A stretch of 64,000 bases of DNA from a virus: IMG/VR virus record IMGVR_UViG_3300019886_000004, positions 64,001-128,000 of that record. One strand, written 5' to 3'. Under the pieces are notes generated by a model. It searched no databases. It saw only the letters and a list, made by a program, of their open reading frames with translations, and was not told the DNA's origin. Made by a program: the position numbers and the translations under genes. Positions 39,902 to 47,764 of this stretch are shown one piece after another (the stretch's first letter is position 1; each line of letters begins with the position of its first letter).

Positions 39902-39903
39902 AT

Positions 39904-40641
39904 TTAATCTTTTAATATAAAAAAATTATCAGATTTTGAAAGACAATCTGTAAAGATAACAGTAGGACCTCCTTTATGTTGATATATTTCTATATCATTT
40001 ACTTGATTATGACCCACAATATGATTAAACCTGTGTACACAACCGTCTTTCTTTATTTCAGATGTATCAGCCCACATAATTCCTCCAATAGATCCCGCTA
40101 CACCTCCTCTTATTGTAGGCACTGTATTTAATATCCATTCATCATGTGAGTCGTTAATTGCATTGAGTAATACATCAAGGTTATTTCTTTTATCTATACC
40201 CAGCTTTTCTTCATAGTATGATAATCTATCATTATATCTGTACAACCAATCAGATAGAATACCGGCATGCGTACACATATAATTACCATTTAACCATGCT
40301 ACCTGAAACATTTCTCTATTATCTCTGAACAGTTTATATAAATCTGGCTGCAGTTCTGCTCTAAATCCACTACAACGATAAGCTGGAGAATGTATATATT
40401 GTTGGTCATGATTTCCTAATAAGCAAATAACTTTATTAGGATTTTTCTTTTTATAACTTATAACTTGTTCCAGTAGATATTTAATTTCAATATTCGTACA
40501 ATTAAAAGAATCCACATAGTCTCCCATGAAAACTATTTTATCCAATTTATCTCTTTCAAACATCTCAATGGCCCTTTCAAAATGGTATATTCTCCCATGT
40601 AAATCTCCTACATGTAGAGCACTAAACTGAAGATTCTTCAT
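39904..40641 (-). CDS. Calcineurin-like metallophosphoesterase
   Basis: GDLHG, GDYVD, GNHD, THAG, VGH. Confidence 0.9.
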   Translation of the reverse strand: MKNLQFSALHVGDLHGRIYHFERAIEMFERDKLDKIVFMGDYVDSFNCTNIEIKYLLEQVISYKKKNPNKVICLLGNHDQQYIHSPAYRCSGFRAELQPDLYKLFRDNREMFQVAWLNGNYMCTHAGILSDWLYRYNDRLSYYEEKLGIDKRNNLDVLLNAINDSHDEWILNTVPTIRGGVAGSIGGIMWADTSEIKKDGCVHRFNHIVGHNQVNDIEIYQHKGGPTVIFTDCLSKSDNFFILKD

Positions 40642-40984
40642 AATATTCTATTATATTACTTTCCGGTATTTCTTCTGCACTTTCCTGATTTGCCATCCTT
40701 CTTTCTATTTCTTTTTCATAAAGAGTTATTATTGAGTTAACATCTTCTAAATCAATAATTACATTTCCTAGCTTAAAATAGTTAGGTAAAGAATGATAGA
40801 GTAATGTTATAATAGTTATTGTTTCCATTCTACAACCTTCTTCTAATCCTTCATGGTTAGAGATAGTTACTTGATCATCATACATATAAGAGATCTTGGA
40901 ATTAGTCCTTTTTGCTACATATCTCGCTATTTCTTCTACTTTCTTTTTTTCATTATATGATAAATGTAGTCTTTTTGTATGCAT
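40622..40984 (-). CDS. Hypothetical protein
   Basis: 120-aa ORF in operon. Confidence 0.55.
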   Translation of the reverse strand: MHTKRLHLSYNEKKKVEEIARYVAKRTNSKISYMYDDQVTISNHEGLEEGCRMETITIITLLYHSLPNYFKLGNVIIDLEDVNSIITLYEKEIERRMANQESAEEIPESNIIEYYEESSV

Positions 40985-40985
40985 G

Positions 40986-41620
40986 CTATTTGTTTTTATT
41001 TATATCTATTACCGAATCACCTACTCCACCAGTAATAGGTATCTTTTCTAATTCTAATATAATCTCCCCTATAGAATAAGGATAAGAAAGTGTTCCTCCT
41101 TTATCTATTCCAACATCTATTTTTCTACCAGGTCCAATTCTGCTTGAATGTTGATGTCCAAATAAATGAAACCATCCTTTAAATGTACCCATCCAACTCT
41201 CTAATGGATAGTGATCCAATATGAAATTATAGTTACCATATTCCAAATGAGTTCTATCACTGACAGATGTGAAGATGGATTGTATATTCTCCTTATTACT
41301 TTCAATATGATGGTCGTGATTTCCTAAAAGCAAATGTATGGTTTGACAATATATTTGATCTCTAAATCTTTTTATATTTTCAAAACCACCAAAACTCCAG
41401 TCTCCTAAATGAAACAATATGTCATTCCACCGGACAAAATTGTTAATCCTTTTTACCAAATCTTGATCGTGTTCTTCCAATGATTTGTAGTCTCTACATA
41501 TACTTTTATCCTTCCATTTAGAGCATGATCTAACTATATTTGAATGACTAAAATGTGTTAAGTGTCCGCAAGAAACCAAATGTTATGATCATCTTGCGGA
41601 CTTAATTTTATGTGTTTCAT
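40986..41620 (-). CDS. Metallophosphoesterase interrupted by TAA plus a frame change inside its first motif (recoded gene or pseudogene)
   Basis: ATG at 41620 gives MKHIKLSPQDDHNIWFLADT*; the second frame continues THFSHSNI...LGDW...GNHD...HYP...FGHQH. Confidence 0.75.
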
Positions 41621-42078
41621 TAGAATTTTATATTTTTATTTCCAAGTTTTGTCCGTAAAGAAGGTAAGTTTCTGTCCCTCAAACTTGAAGAGAAATATAC
41701 TTCCCTTCTAACAGTAATACAATAATGACTTCCTATAACTCTATGATTTATCTTTAAATCTTCAACTATTTTATATAATTCCTCATAGCTTATATTAGGT
41801 TTATAATTAACTACTATATTAAATAAGTCTTGTATACTTCTTGCTCTACCAGAAATGCATTGAGTTTTTACTTTAGTATTACTTAATAAATATGCACTTC
41901 CTGTATTTTTAATTAATAACTCATATATGACCTCAGCTAGATCTTTAGGTGGAACACTTATCTTTATTATATTTTTATAAGTATCAACACTAAAGTTTGG
42001 TTTTATATCTGCTAGGACTATAGGATATTTTCTATTTCTTAATTTCTTTTCTATACTTTTGAAACTAGGAGCTGCCAT
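41620..42078 (-). CDS. Hypothetical protein
   Basis: 152-aa basic ORF. Confidence 0.6.
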   Translation of the reverse strand: MAAPSFKSIEKKLRNRKYPIVLADIKPNFSVDTYKNIIKISVPPKDLAEVIYELLIKNTGSAYLLSNTKVKTQCISGRARSIQDLFNIVVNYKPNISYEELYKIVEDLKINHRVIGSHYCITVRREVYFSSSLRDRNLPSLRTKLGNKNIKF

Positions 42079-42443
42079 TTTTTAAGTTTTTTATATTCTT
42101 TATACAAAAGATCAATTATATGTTTACCTTCAGTAGTAGCAAAAAACAACATTTCTCCACCTGTTTGAAACTGACCATGTAAATCATGGTGTTTTATGAG
42201 TTCATCCTCTCTTGTATAACGATCTAATTTTTCCAATATTACTCTTGGTAATTCTGTCACACAGAGTTCAAACCAATGAAATTCTGTCGGATCTGGTAAA
42301 TTATCTGGTAAATTATCAAACCAAACCTCATGTGTTCCATACCTTGTAGTAAATTTAATGTTACAATATTCGGGAAATGAATCTTTACACATTTCCAACA
42401 TTTTATCTACTTGTTCTCTAGTAATTGAAATATGTTTGTTCAC
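42051..42443 (-). CDS. Hypothetical protein
   Basis: 130-aa ORF. Confidence 0.55.
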   Translation of the reverse strand: MNKHISITREQVDKMLEMCKDSFPEYCNIKFTTRYGTHEVWFDNLPDNLPDPTEFHWFELCVTELPRVILEKLDRYTREDELIKHHDLHGQFQTGGEMLFFATTEGKHIIDLLYKEYKKLKKWQLLVSKV

Positions 42444-42446
42444 AAT

Positions 42447-42662
42447 TTAGATTTTAATGTAATAAAAAATAGACCAAATAGAAAATGTAAATAATAGAAG
42501 TAACGATACAAGTAATGCAATTGAAAAGAAATTATTTATTGTCTTATCTGTCCCTTCTATATTACCTTCATTATTTGCATGAACTATTAAGCAAATCAAT
42601 GTTAATACTAAGGAAAGTAATCCAGCTTTAAACGGGGTAATAAAAAAAAGTAATGTTATCAT
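42447..42662 (-). CDS. Small membrane protein (2 TM)
   Basis: Two hydrophobic stretches in 71 aa. Confidence 0.6.
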   Translation of the reverse strand: MITLLFFITPFKAGLLSLVLTLICLIVHANNEGNIEGTDKTINNFFSIALLVSLLLLFTFSIWSIFYYIKI

Positions 42663-43153
42663 ATTAGTACGAAGTGTTTTAAAGTATTACTTGAATTATG
42701 ATTTATGAACTCACCTACTTCTACAAAACCTACTTTCAATGCAGCCTCTATAAATAAGGTATAGTTATTCGAATGTCCTTCAACATTTACAGGAACAGTA
42801 AAAGTTAATCCATACTTAGTATCTGCAATTGGTGTGTCATCTTCAAATGTAAATTGCTTAATTACCTGTCTTAACATTTTTGTTACTAAATCTCTAATTA
42901 AATTATCTGGTAATAGGTCACCATTCGAAAGTAGAATTATATCACCTATTTCTTTCATACCACAGCAAAATGCATATGTTTTATATTTAAATGACACATA
43001 ATCACTTCCTCCTATCCACGTTATAGTAGTTTTTGTCTCTTCTTCTCCCATGCTACTAGTTACAATTGGATTTACCTTATCGTTATGTGTCAAATATTCT
43101 TTTATTTTTGTTTCCGTCAGCTTTTTTACTGGCACTTTTACTTTTTTTTCCAT
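42659..43153 (-). CDS. 'CC'-motif GNAT-like protein (paralog 3)
   Basis: YAFCCGMKEI...KVGFVEVGEFINHNSSNTL. Confidence 0.55.
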   Translation of the reverse strand: MEKKVKVPVKKLTETKIKEYLTHNDKVNPIVTSSMGEEETKTTITWIGGSDYVSFKYKTYAFCCGMKEIGDIILLSNGDLLPDNLIRDLVTKMLRQVIKQFTFEDDTPIADTKYGLTFTVPVNVEGHSNNYTLFIEAALKVGFVEVGEFINHNSSNTLKHFVLI

Positions 43154-43160
43154 ATTAATT

Positions 43161-44195
43161 TTATTTAAAAGAATTTATTAATTGTCTCCTTAGTAGATTT
43201 ACTTTAAGTAAGTCATACTTTCTTTTAACATACTCATGTAATCTCTCCCCGTCATCTAAAACTAAATTCATATTCTCCATTAGTGTTCTTGCCTTTGCAA
43301 ACCAATCGCTTGGTTTATCGCAGAAATATATTCCACTATTTTCCATTTCTTCATCTTCTAGATATGGAAATAATCTACTTGCCATTACAGGAGTTTTCAT
43401 ACAACCAGCTTCAATTATCTTTAAGTTTGACTTAAAGTAATTAAACTGATTATGTTCCAGTGGAGCAAGAGCTACATCAGTGTAATTATAATGTTCCATA
43501 TATCTATTTAGAGATAATGCATCTCTAGTAGAATAACTTGGACTAATCTTCATCACATCATTCATTTCATGAAGAGCTTTCTCCTTATAGTTACTATTAA
43601 AACCTGCTAATATAAACTTAGTCTTTATTTTAAAGTTTACATTCATATTAACCATAGTGAAAAAATCTTTTATAGACTCTAAGTCATATTGATGACTTGG
43701 TCCTCCAGAATACATAAATCTAAGTCGGCTTGCCTCCGTTTTCTCTGATTTAAACTGTTCATGACCAATTGGTAATGCGTTTGGTATAACTATACACTTT
43801 TTATTAATATCGCTTACCCTTCTAAATAATCTCTGGTTAGTTACTGTAACTATATCTGCATTGGTAATAGATTTTAAAATAAGATCTGCTATTTTATTTT
43901 TAGTCCAAGTCTCATAAAGATAATGATGTTCATATAGCTCCCAAATATCATCTATATCTACCCACATTTTAAATCCATACCTTTTCTTCATTTCCAGTAG
44001 AATATCTAAATCTACAGTTGGATGTCGATTAAAAATAACAAGATCTGTATTCTTAAACTCACCAGTAGTATATTGCTCATCATCAGTTTTATACTCTATG
44101 TGTTCACCAGACTCTAGTGGTAGATAACGAAAAGGGTTGTAAATCCTATGATAATCACTTGCGCTTTTAGGTCGGTGAAGTAATAGAATGTTCAT
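43161..44195 (-). CDS. GT-B fold glycosyltransferase (GT4-like)
   Basis: DIDD, ADIVTV, IPNA, GGPSH, DVALAPL...FNYFKSNLKIIEAG. Confidence 0.85.
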   Translation of the reverse strand: MNILLLHRPKSASDYHRIYNPFRYLPLESGEHIEYKTDDEQYTTGEFKNTDLVIFNRHPTVDLDILLEMKKRYGFKMWVDIDDIWELYEHHYLYETWTKNKIADLILKSITNADIVTVTNQRLFRRVSDINKKCIVIPNALPIGHEQFKSEKTEASRLRFMYSGGPSHQYDLESIKDFFTMVNMNVNFKIKTKFILAGFNSNYKEKALHEMNDVMKISPSYSTRDALSLNRYMEHYNYTDVALAPLEHNQFNYFKSNLKIIEAGCMKTPVMASRLFPYLEDEEMENSGIYFCDKPSDWFAKARTLMENMNLVLDDGERLHEYVKRKYDLLKVNLLRRQLINSFK

Positions 44196-44374
44196 TAATT
44201 TGGTTTTATTTTAGTTAAAGGTACACAATACGAATCTTGCATATTTCTTTCACCTTCTTCATATATTACACATCTACCTTCTGTTTTGGAAAAATATCCA
44301 AAATCATACGTTTTATTCTCTGGAATATAAATAATCTTATCTCCAGGTTTATAATTTAATAAGTTTAATTCCAT
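44195..44374 (-). CDS. Hypothetical 59-aa protein (below ORF-track cutoff)
   Basis: MELNLLNYKPGDKIIYIPENKTYDFGYFSKTEGRCVIYEEGERNMQDSYCVPLTKIKPN; TAATG overlap with the GT gene. Confidence 0.65.
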   Translation of the reverse strand: MELNLLNYKPGDKIIYIPENKTYDFGYFSKTEGRCVIYEEGERNMQDSYCVPLTKIKPN

Positions 44375-44384
44375 TAATTAAATT

Positions 44385-44921
44385 TTATAAGTTTATTACT
44401 GATAAGTAAACTCTATTGTTCGTTCTTTTATTAATTACATTATATATGTCTTTCCATCCGTTTGTAGCTAGAAGTTTGCGCTGGTGTTCATTCTTATCCA
44501 CATCTGTGCATAAAAGTAAAGAATACCCAAGTGCCCTTCCAATGTCCTGTCTTAGTGTATTTAAAGTAGTGGCTATTCTTTTATTCCTAAATTCTGTATC
44601 TACAAATGACTTACAAGAAACAAGTATGGCACAACAATGTGGCATTCTATAAAGTTCAAATGAAGAAACAAACCTATCCCTACAGCAAAGTATGTAATTA
44701 CCTTCAGACCAATCATTTAACTCTTGTTTTTTATTCTCATCAAAAATAGGTATAATTCCGGTAATCTTCTTTTCAAATTTACATAATCTCTCATAAAGAC
44801 CAGTAGTAATGTGTGTACTATAAGGAATTTTTGTTATGAAGAAAGATATATCTTCTGGTTTTACATTTAGTAACCCGGCAATTAATTTACAATATTTATC
44901 TAATATTTCTTTTGTTTTCAT
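44385..44921 (-). CDS. 'CC'-motif GNAT-family protein (paralog 4)
   Basis: MPHCCAILV, VDTEFRNKRIAT (motif A), LLATNGW, INKRTNN. Confidence 0.65.
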   Translation of the reverse strand: MKTKEILDKYCKLIAGLLNVKPEDISFFITKIPYSTHITTGLYERLCKFEKKITGIIPIFDENKKQELNDWSEGNYILCCRDRFVSSFELYRMPHCCAILVSCKSFVDTEFRNKRIATTLNTLRQDIGRALGYSLLLCTDVDKNEHQRKLLATNGWKDIYNVINKRTNNRVYLSVINL

Positions 44922-44930
44922 GAAAATAAA

Positions 44931-44962
44931 TTTGTTTATATTAAAAATTAGTTGTATCTTTG
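44931..44962 (+). promoter_or_regulatory. Bacteroidetes sigma70-type promoter facing a non-coding region
   Basis: TTTG-N20-TATCTTTG. Confidence 0.75.
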
Positions 44963-44965
44963 TTT

Positions 44966-45365
44966 ATGGTTTTTAATATGTTTCTATCCAGTTGCTTTTA
45001 GTTTGGCAATAAATAAAAAGATAAGATTAAGATAGACAGCCACCTGATTAGACGAAACTTGGTCGGGATGGAGTAATTCAAAGGTAGGGTAATACCAGTG
45101 TTAGCAACGTCTGCACAGCTTGACGACTAATGACCTCAGATCAAACTTAAAAATTTGACTTTACCTTCATCGTTAGGTCTAACAACCTATATCTTTAAGA
45201 TGGATGCGATGAGTTTACTTAATCAGTTACAGAAAAAACTAATTTACTTAATTCTGTAACAATATAAACTTCTTTAGCTACTATTTTTTCTACGGTGGTA
45301 GCTATTCTGAGGGATGTAGAAGCTGTACTATGTTAGCTACCCAAAAGGTAGCTTTCATAGTTTTT
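44966..45365 (+). ncRNA. Candidate large structured ncRNA (~400 nt), family unknown
   Basis: No ORF in the track; promoter upstream; terminator hairpin + T-tract at 45328-45365; many helices, including G-U pairs and loop-to-distal pairings. Confidence 0.6.
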
Positions 45366-45438
45366 ACGAATTACCTAAAAGTTTTTTTATACTTAGTTAA
45401 TTCCATATCAGTGTTCTCCATACTTATTGATGAAGTTT

Positions 45439-45657
45439 CTATTGCTTCATTATTATTGTACCTTTAAATAATCTAGTTGTCTTTTTACTCCAAGTTTCTA
45501 TCTTAGAAAGCCCAAAATTAAAGACGTGATGTGACTCATTATATTTAATAGGATTGGTGGTAACATGTCCAATTCTAGCATTATCAATTACTAAAGATCC
45601 TGATTCTATAAACTCCTGATTTTGTTCTTCTAGTTCTATTTTAAGTACTGGTTTCAT
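45439..45657 (-). CDS. Hypothetical protein
   Basis: 72-aa ORF. Confidence 0.5.
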   Translation of the reverse strand: MKPVLKIELEEQNQEFIESGSLVIDNARIGHVTTNPIKYNESHHVFNFGLSKIETWSKKTTRLFKGTIIMKQ

Positions 45658-45666
45658 AAAGATTTA

Positions 45667-45698
45667 TTTGTTTATTTGAGTTAATTTTTGTATATTAA
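45667..45698 (+). promoter_or_regulatory. Variant-class promoter
   Basis: TTTG-N20-TATATTAA. Confidence 0.5.
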
Positions 45699-45701
45699 GA
45701 T

Positions 45702-45803
45702 ATGAAAAAGATAACTAATAGTTGTGGCGGTTCTGGTTGTTCAGTCCCAGCTCACGAGCAAATCCTTCCAAAAGGTGTTATAGTTGTGAAACCTCTAAAA
45801 TAA
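45702..45803 (+). CDS. Putative 33-aa peptide
   Basis: MKKITNSCGGSGCSVPAHEQILPKGVIVVKPLK between a promoter and a hairpin/T-tract. Confidence 0.45.
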   Translation: MKKITNSCGGSGCSVPAHEQILPKGVIVVKPLK

Positions 45804-45835
45804 CTAAAAGATTTTTCGCAATATAACACTAAATC

Positions 45836-45879
45836 AGATCATTTAAATTTGTTTAGATGATCTTTTTTATTTATATTAT
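45836..45879 (+). promoter_or_regulatory. Hairpin (terminator) overlapping a variant-class promoter of the structural module
   Basis: AGATCATTTAAA-TTTG-TTTAGATGATCT then T-tract; the loop TTTG lies 20 nt upstream of TATATTAT. Confidence 0.55.
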
Positions 45880-45949
45880 AATACAGGAGCAAATGCCTGT
45901 TTAAAAAAATAAAAGCTTGTTCTTTCAGCTATAAGATAGATCCCAAAAT

Positions 45950-46204
45950 ATGAGAACTTCATACTACATTCAGTCCGGTTTTATCGTTAAACGTAATGAT
46001 ACGAAAAATGATACTTACGGACTTTTTAGTTTAACAAAGTGGTTTAAGAAAATGCTTACTGCTTTTCATGTAGCATTTAATGATGATTGTTGTGATGCAA
46101 CTGCTGATCCCACTAATGCACCTGTTAGATTCAATGCAACAGCGGGACATCTGCAGTACTACAATTACGTAAATAACACGTGGACTAACGTACCTAGCCT
46201 CTAA
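45950..46204 (+). CDS. Small putative virion protein
   Basis: 84 aa; VRFNATAGHLQYY...W fibre-type motif, CC pair. Confidence 0.6.
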   Translation: MRTSYYIQSGFIVKRNDTKNDTYGLFSLTKWFKKMLTAFHVAFNDDCCDATADPTNAPVRFNATAGHLQYYNYVNNTWTNVPSL

Positions 46205-46213
46205 ATCTAATTA

Positions 46214-47764
46214 ATGTCTACTAATTGTTCACCTATACAGAGTTGTATACCACAAGGTATTGTTAGTGACCCTTTATGTACTAGTCAAGCTTTATCGCTT
46301 GATTGTGACACAGGAGTACTTTCTCTTTCCAGTGCAAATTCTATTAACTTAGATTGTGCTGTTAAACTATTGGAGACAAAAACTATACTTAGTTCGGTAA
46401 CACTCACTGGCACAATACTTCAAATAATTTATTTAGGAGAAGATAGTGTTCCACAAGCAAAAAACGTAGATTTAAGTTCAATAGCTGGCACAGGAGGTAA
46501 TATTGGTGTTCAGAATAGTAACTCTATTCTTTTACACAATGGTAATAATACCTTAACTGCTACTTTAAACATTGATCCTGCTTCTAGTCTTCCAATAAGT
46601 TCTAGTCCATCTGGTGTTTTATTCGGTTGTTGCCCGGAGACTGTTAATATTACTAATAATACTAACACAATTCAATTGGCAGCTACAGGTTCTGTAGGTC
46701 ATATATTTACCGCTAATTTGAAGTATCAAAGTTCTGGTACCATACTACTATCCGATAGCTCAAATGGTCTTAGCGCAGCTGTAAAGTACTCTACAGATGC
46801 TAATAACGCTGTAGTAAGTGGTACAGATGGTGGAGTATATGTTGCATCTGCATCTTCTCAGTTAGCAAATCTTTCCAATAACGGATTTGTAACAACCGGA
46901 TCTGCTGGTACCCTTTTAGTTGGATCAGATTCTAAATTATATAGAATACCAGATCCTATTGCTGAAAGTCAAATAATTGGCAATAATACCAATACTGTTG
47001 CTTTAACAGTAAATGGACCCAATAATCACACAATTCAAGCTGGTGTTAGATATACTAATACTAATAGCGCTTTAATAAGTGAAACAGGCAGTGGTCTACA
47101 AGTAGATGTTAAATTAGATACTGTCACTCCTGGCAATGTTGGTTTTACTGAAACAATCAATGGTTTGGTTGGAAACATAACCGAAAGTTCGATACTTGGA
47201 GTTCAAAATTCAGTAGCTACTGTTCAGAATCCAATAACCAAGATATATGGTAATTTAAATAACGGTGCTGGTGGTTATGCTGTAGGTTTCCTAAGTCAAT
47301 ATGGATTGAAGACACCTAATTTCACAACTACACAAAGATTTGCCATACCAAGTACTGACTTGTATGACAGTCTTTTAGTATTTGATACTACTCTTAGACA
47401 ATATTATTGGTATGATGCTGTAACACCTGCTTGGATTCAAATTGGAGCAACTACGAGTCCTACTACACCAACTATTTACACGTGGTCTAATGCTGCAAAT
47501 ACTGGAAATTACACTATAAATGCAGCTAATGCTATAAGACTTTCTGATTTAACAGGTCAAGCAAATAGAAATATAGTATTACCGGCATCTCCTACTACTA
47601 TACAACAGTTGCTTATAATAAAAAATGTTAATTCAAGTGGTTTCAATTGGACATTTACAGGAACCACTGTGTTTGATATGAGCGATAGTGCGGTAACAAC
47701 GTTATCAAATAACACCACATACCAACTATCTTGGGATGGTGTAGCATATAATATAATAAATTAA
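46214..47764 (+). CDS. Putative fibre/decoration protein (no signal peptide), paralog of 49591
   Basis: S/T/N/G-rich beta repeats; Cys-rich N-terminus; TTTQR...LVFDTT...YYWYD fibre motif. Confidence 0.6.
   Translation: MSTNCSPIQSCIPQGIVSDPLCTSQALSLDCDTGVLSLSSANSINLDCAVKLLETKTILSSVTLTGTILQIIYLGEDSVPQAKNVDLSSIAGTGGNIGVQNSNSILLHNGNNTLTATLNIDPASSLPISSSPSGVLFGCCPETVNITNNTNTIQLAATGSVGHIFTANLKYQSSGTILLSDSSNGLSAAVKYSTDANNAVVSGTDGGVYVASASSQLANLSNNGFVTTGSAGTLLVGSDSKLYRIPDPIAESQIIGNNTNTVALTVNGPNNHTIQAGVRYTNTNSALISETGSGLQVDVKLDTVTPGNVGFTETINGLVGNITESSILGVQNSVATVQNPITKIYGNLNNGAGGYAVGFLSQYGLKTPNFTTTQRFAIPSTDLYDSLLVFDTTLRQYYWYDAVTPAWIQIGATTSPTTPTIYTWSNAANTGNYTINAANAIRLSDLTGQANRNIVLPASPTTIQQLLIIKNVNSSGFNWTFTGTTVFDMSDSAVTTLSNNTTYQLSWDGVAYNIIN

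Noticed and set aside
40986-41579. TTG start at 41579 for the phosphoesterase
   Set aside because: Would lack the Asp of the DxH motif; the coupled ATG at 41620 supplies it
20833-44652. Short + strand ORFs within the - strand replication module (e.g. 20833, 23367, 26900, 32844, 39434, 44416)
   Set aside because: Fully antisense to well-supported genes
45043-45075. Hammerhead ribozyme (CTGATTAG...CGAAAC)
   Set aside because: CUGANGA core not matched and no stem II between the two motifs
44966-45365. tmRNA, RNase P RNA or tRNA identity for the structured region
   Set aside because: No acceptor/T-arm with CCA end and no GAGGAAAGUCC signature seen
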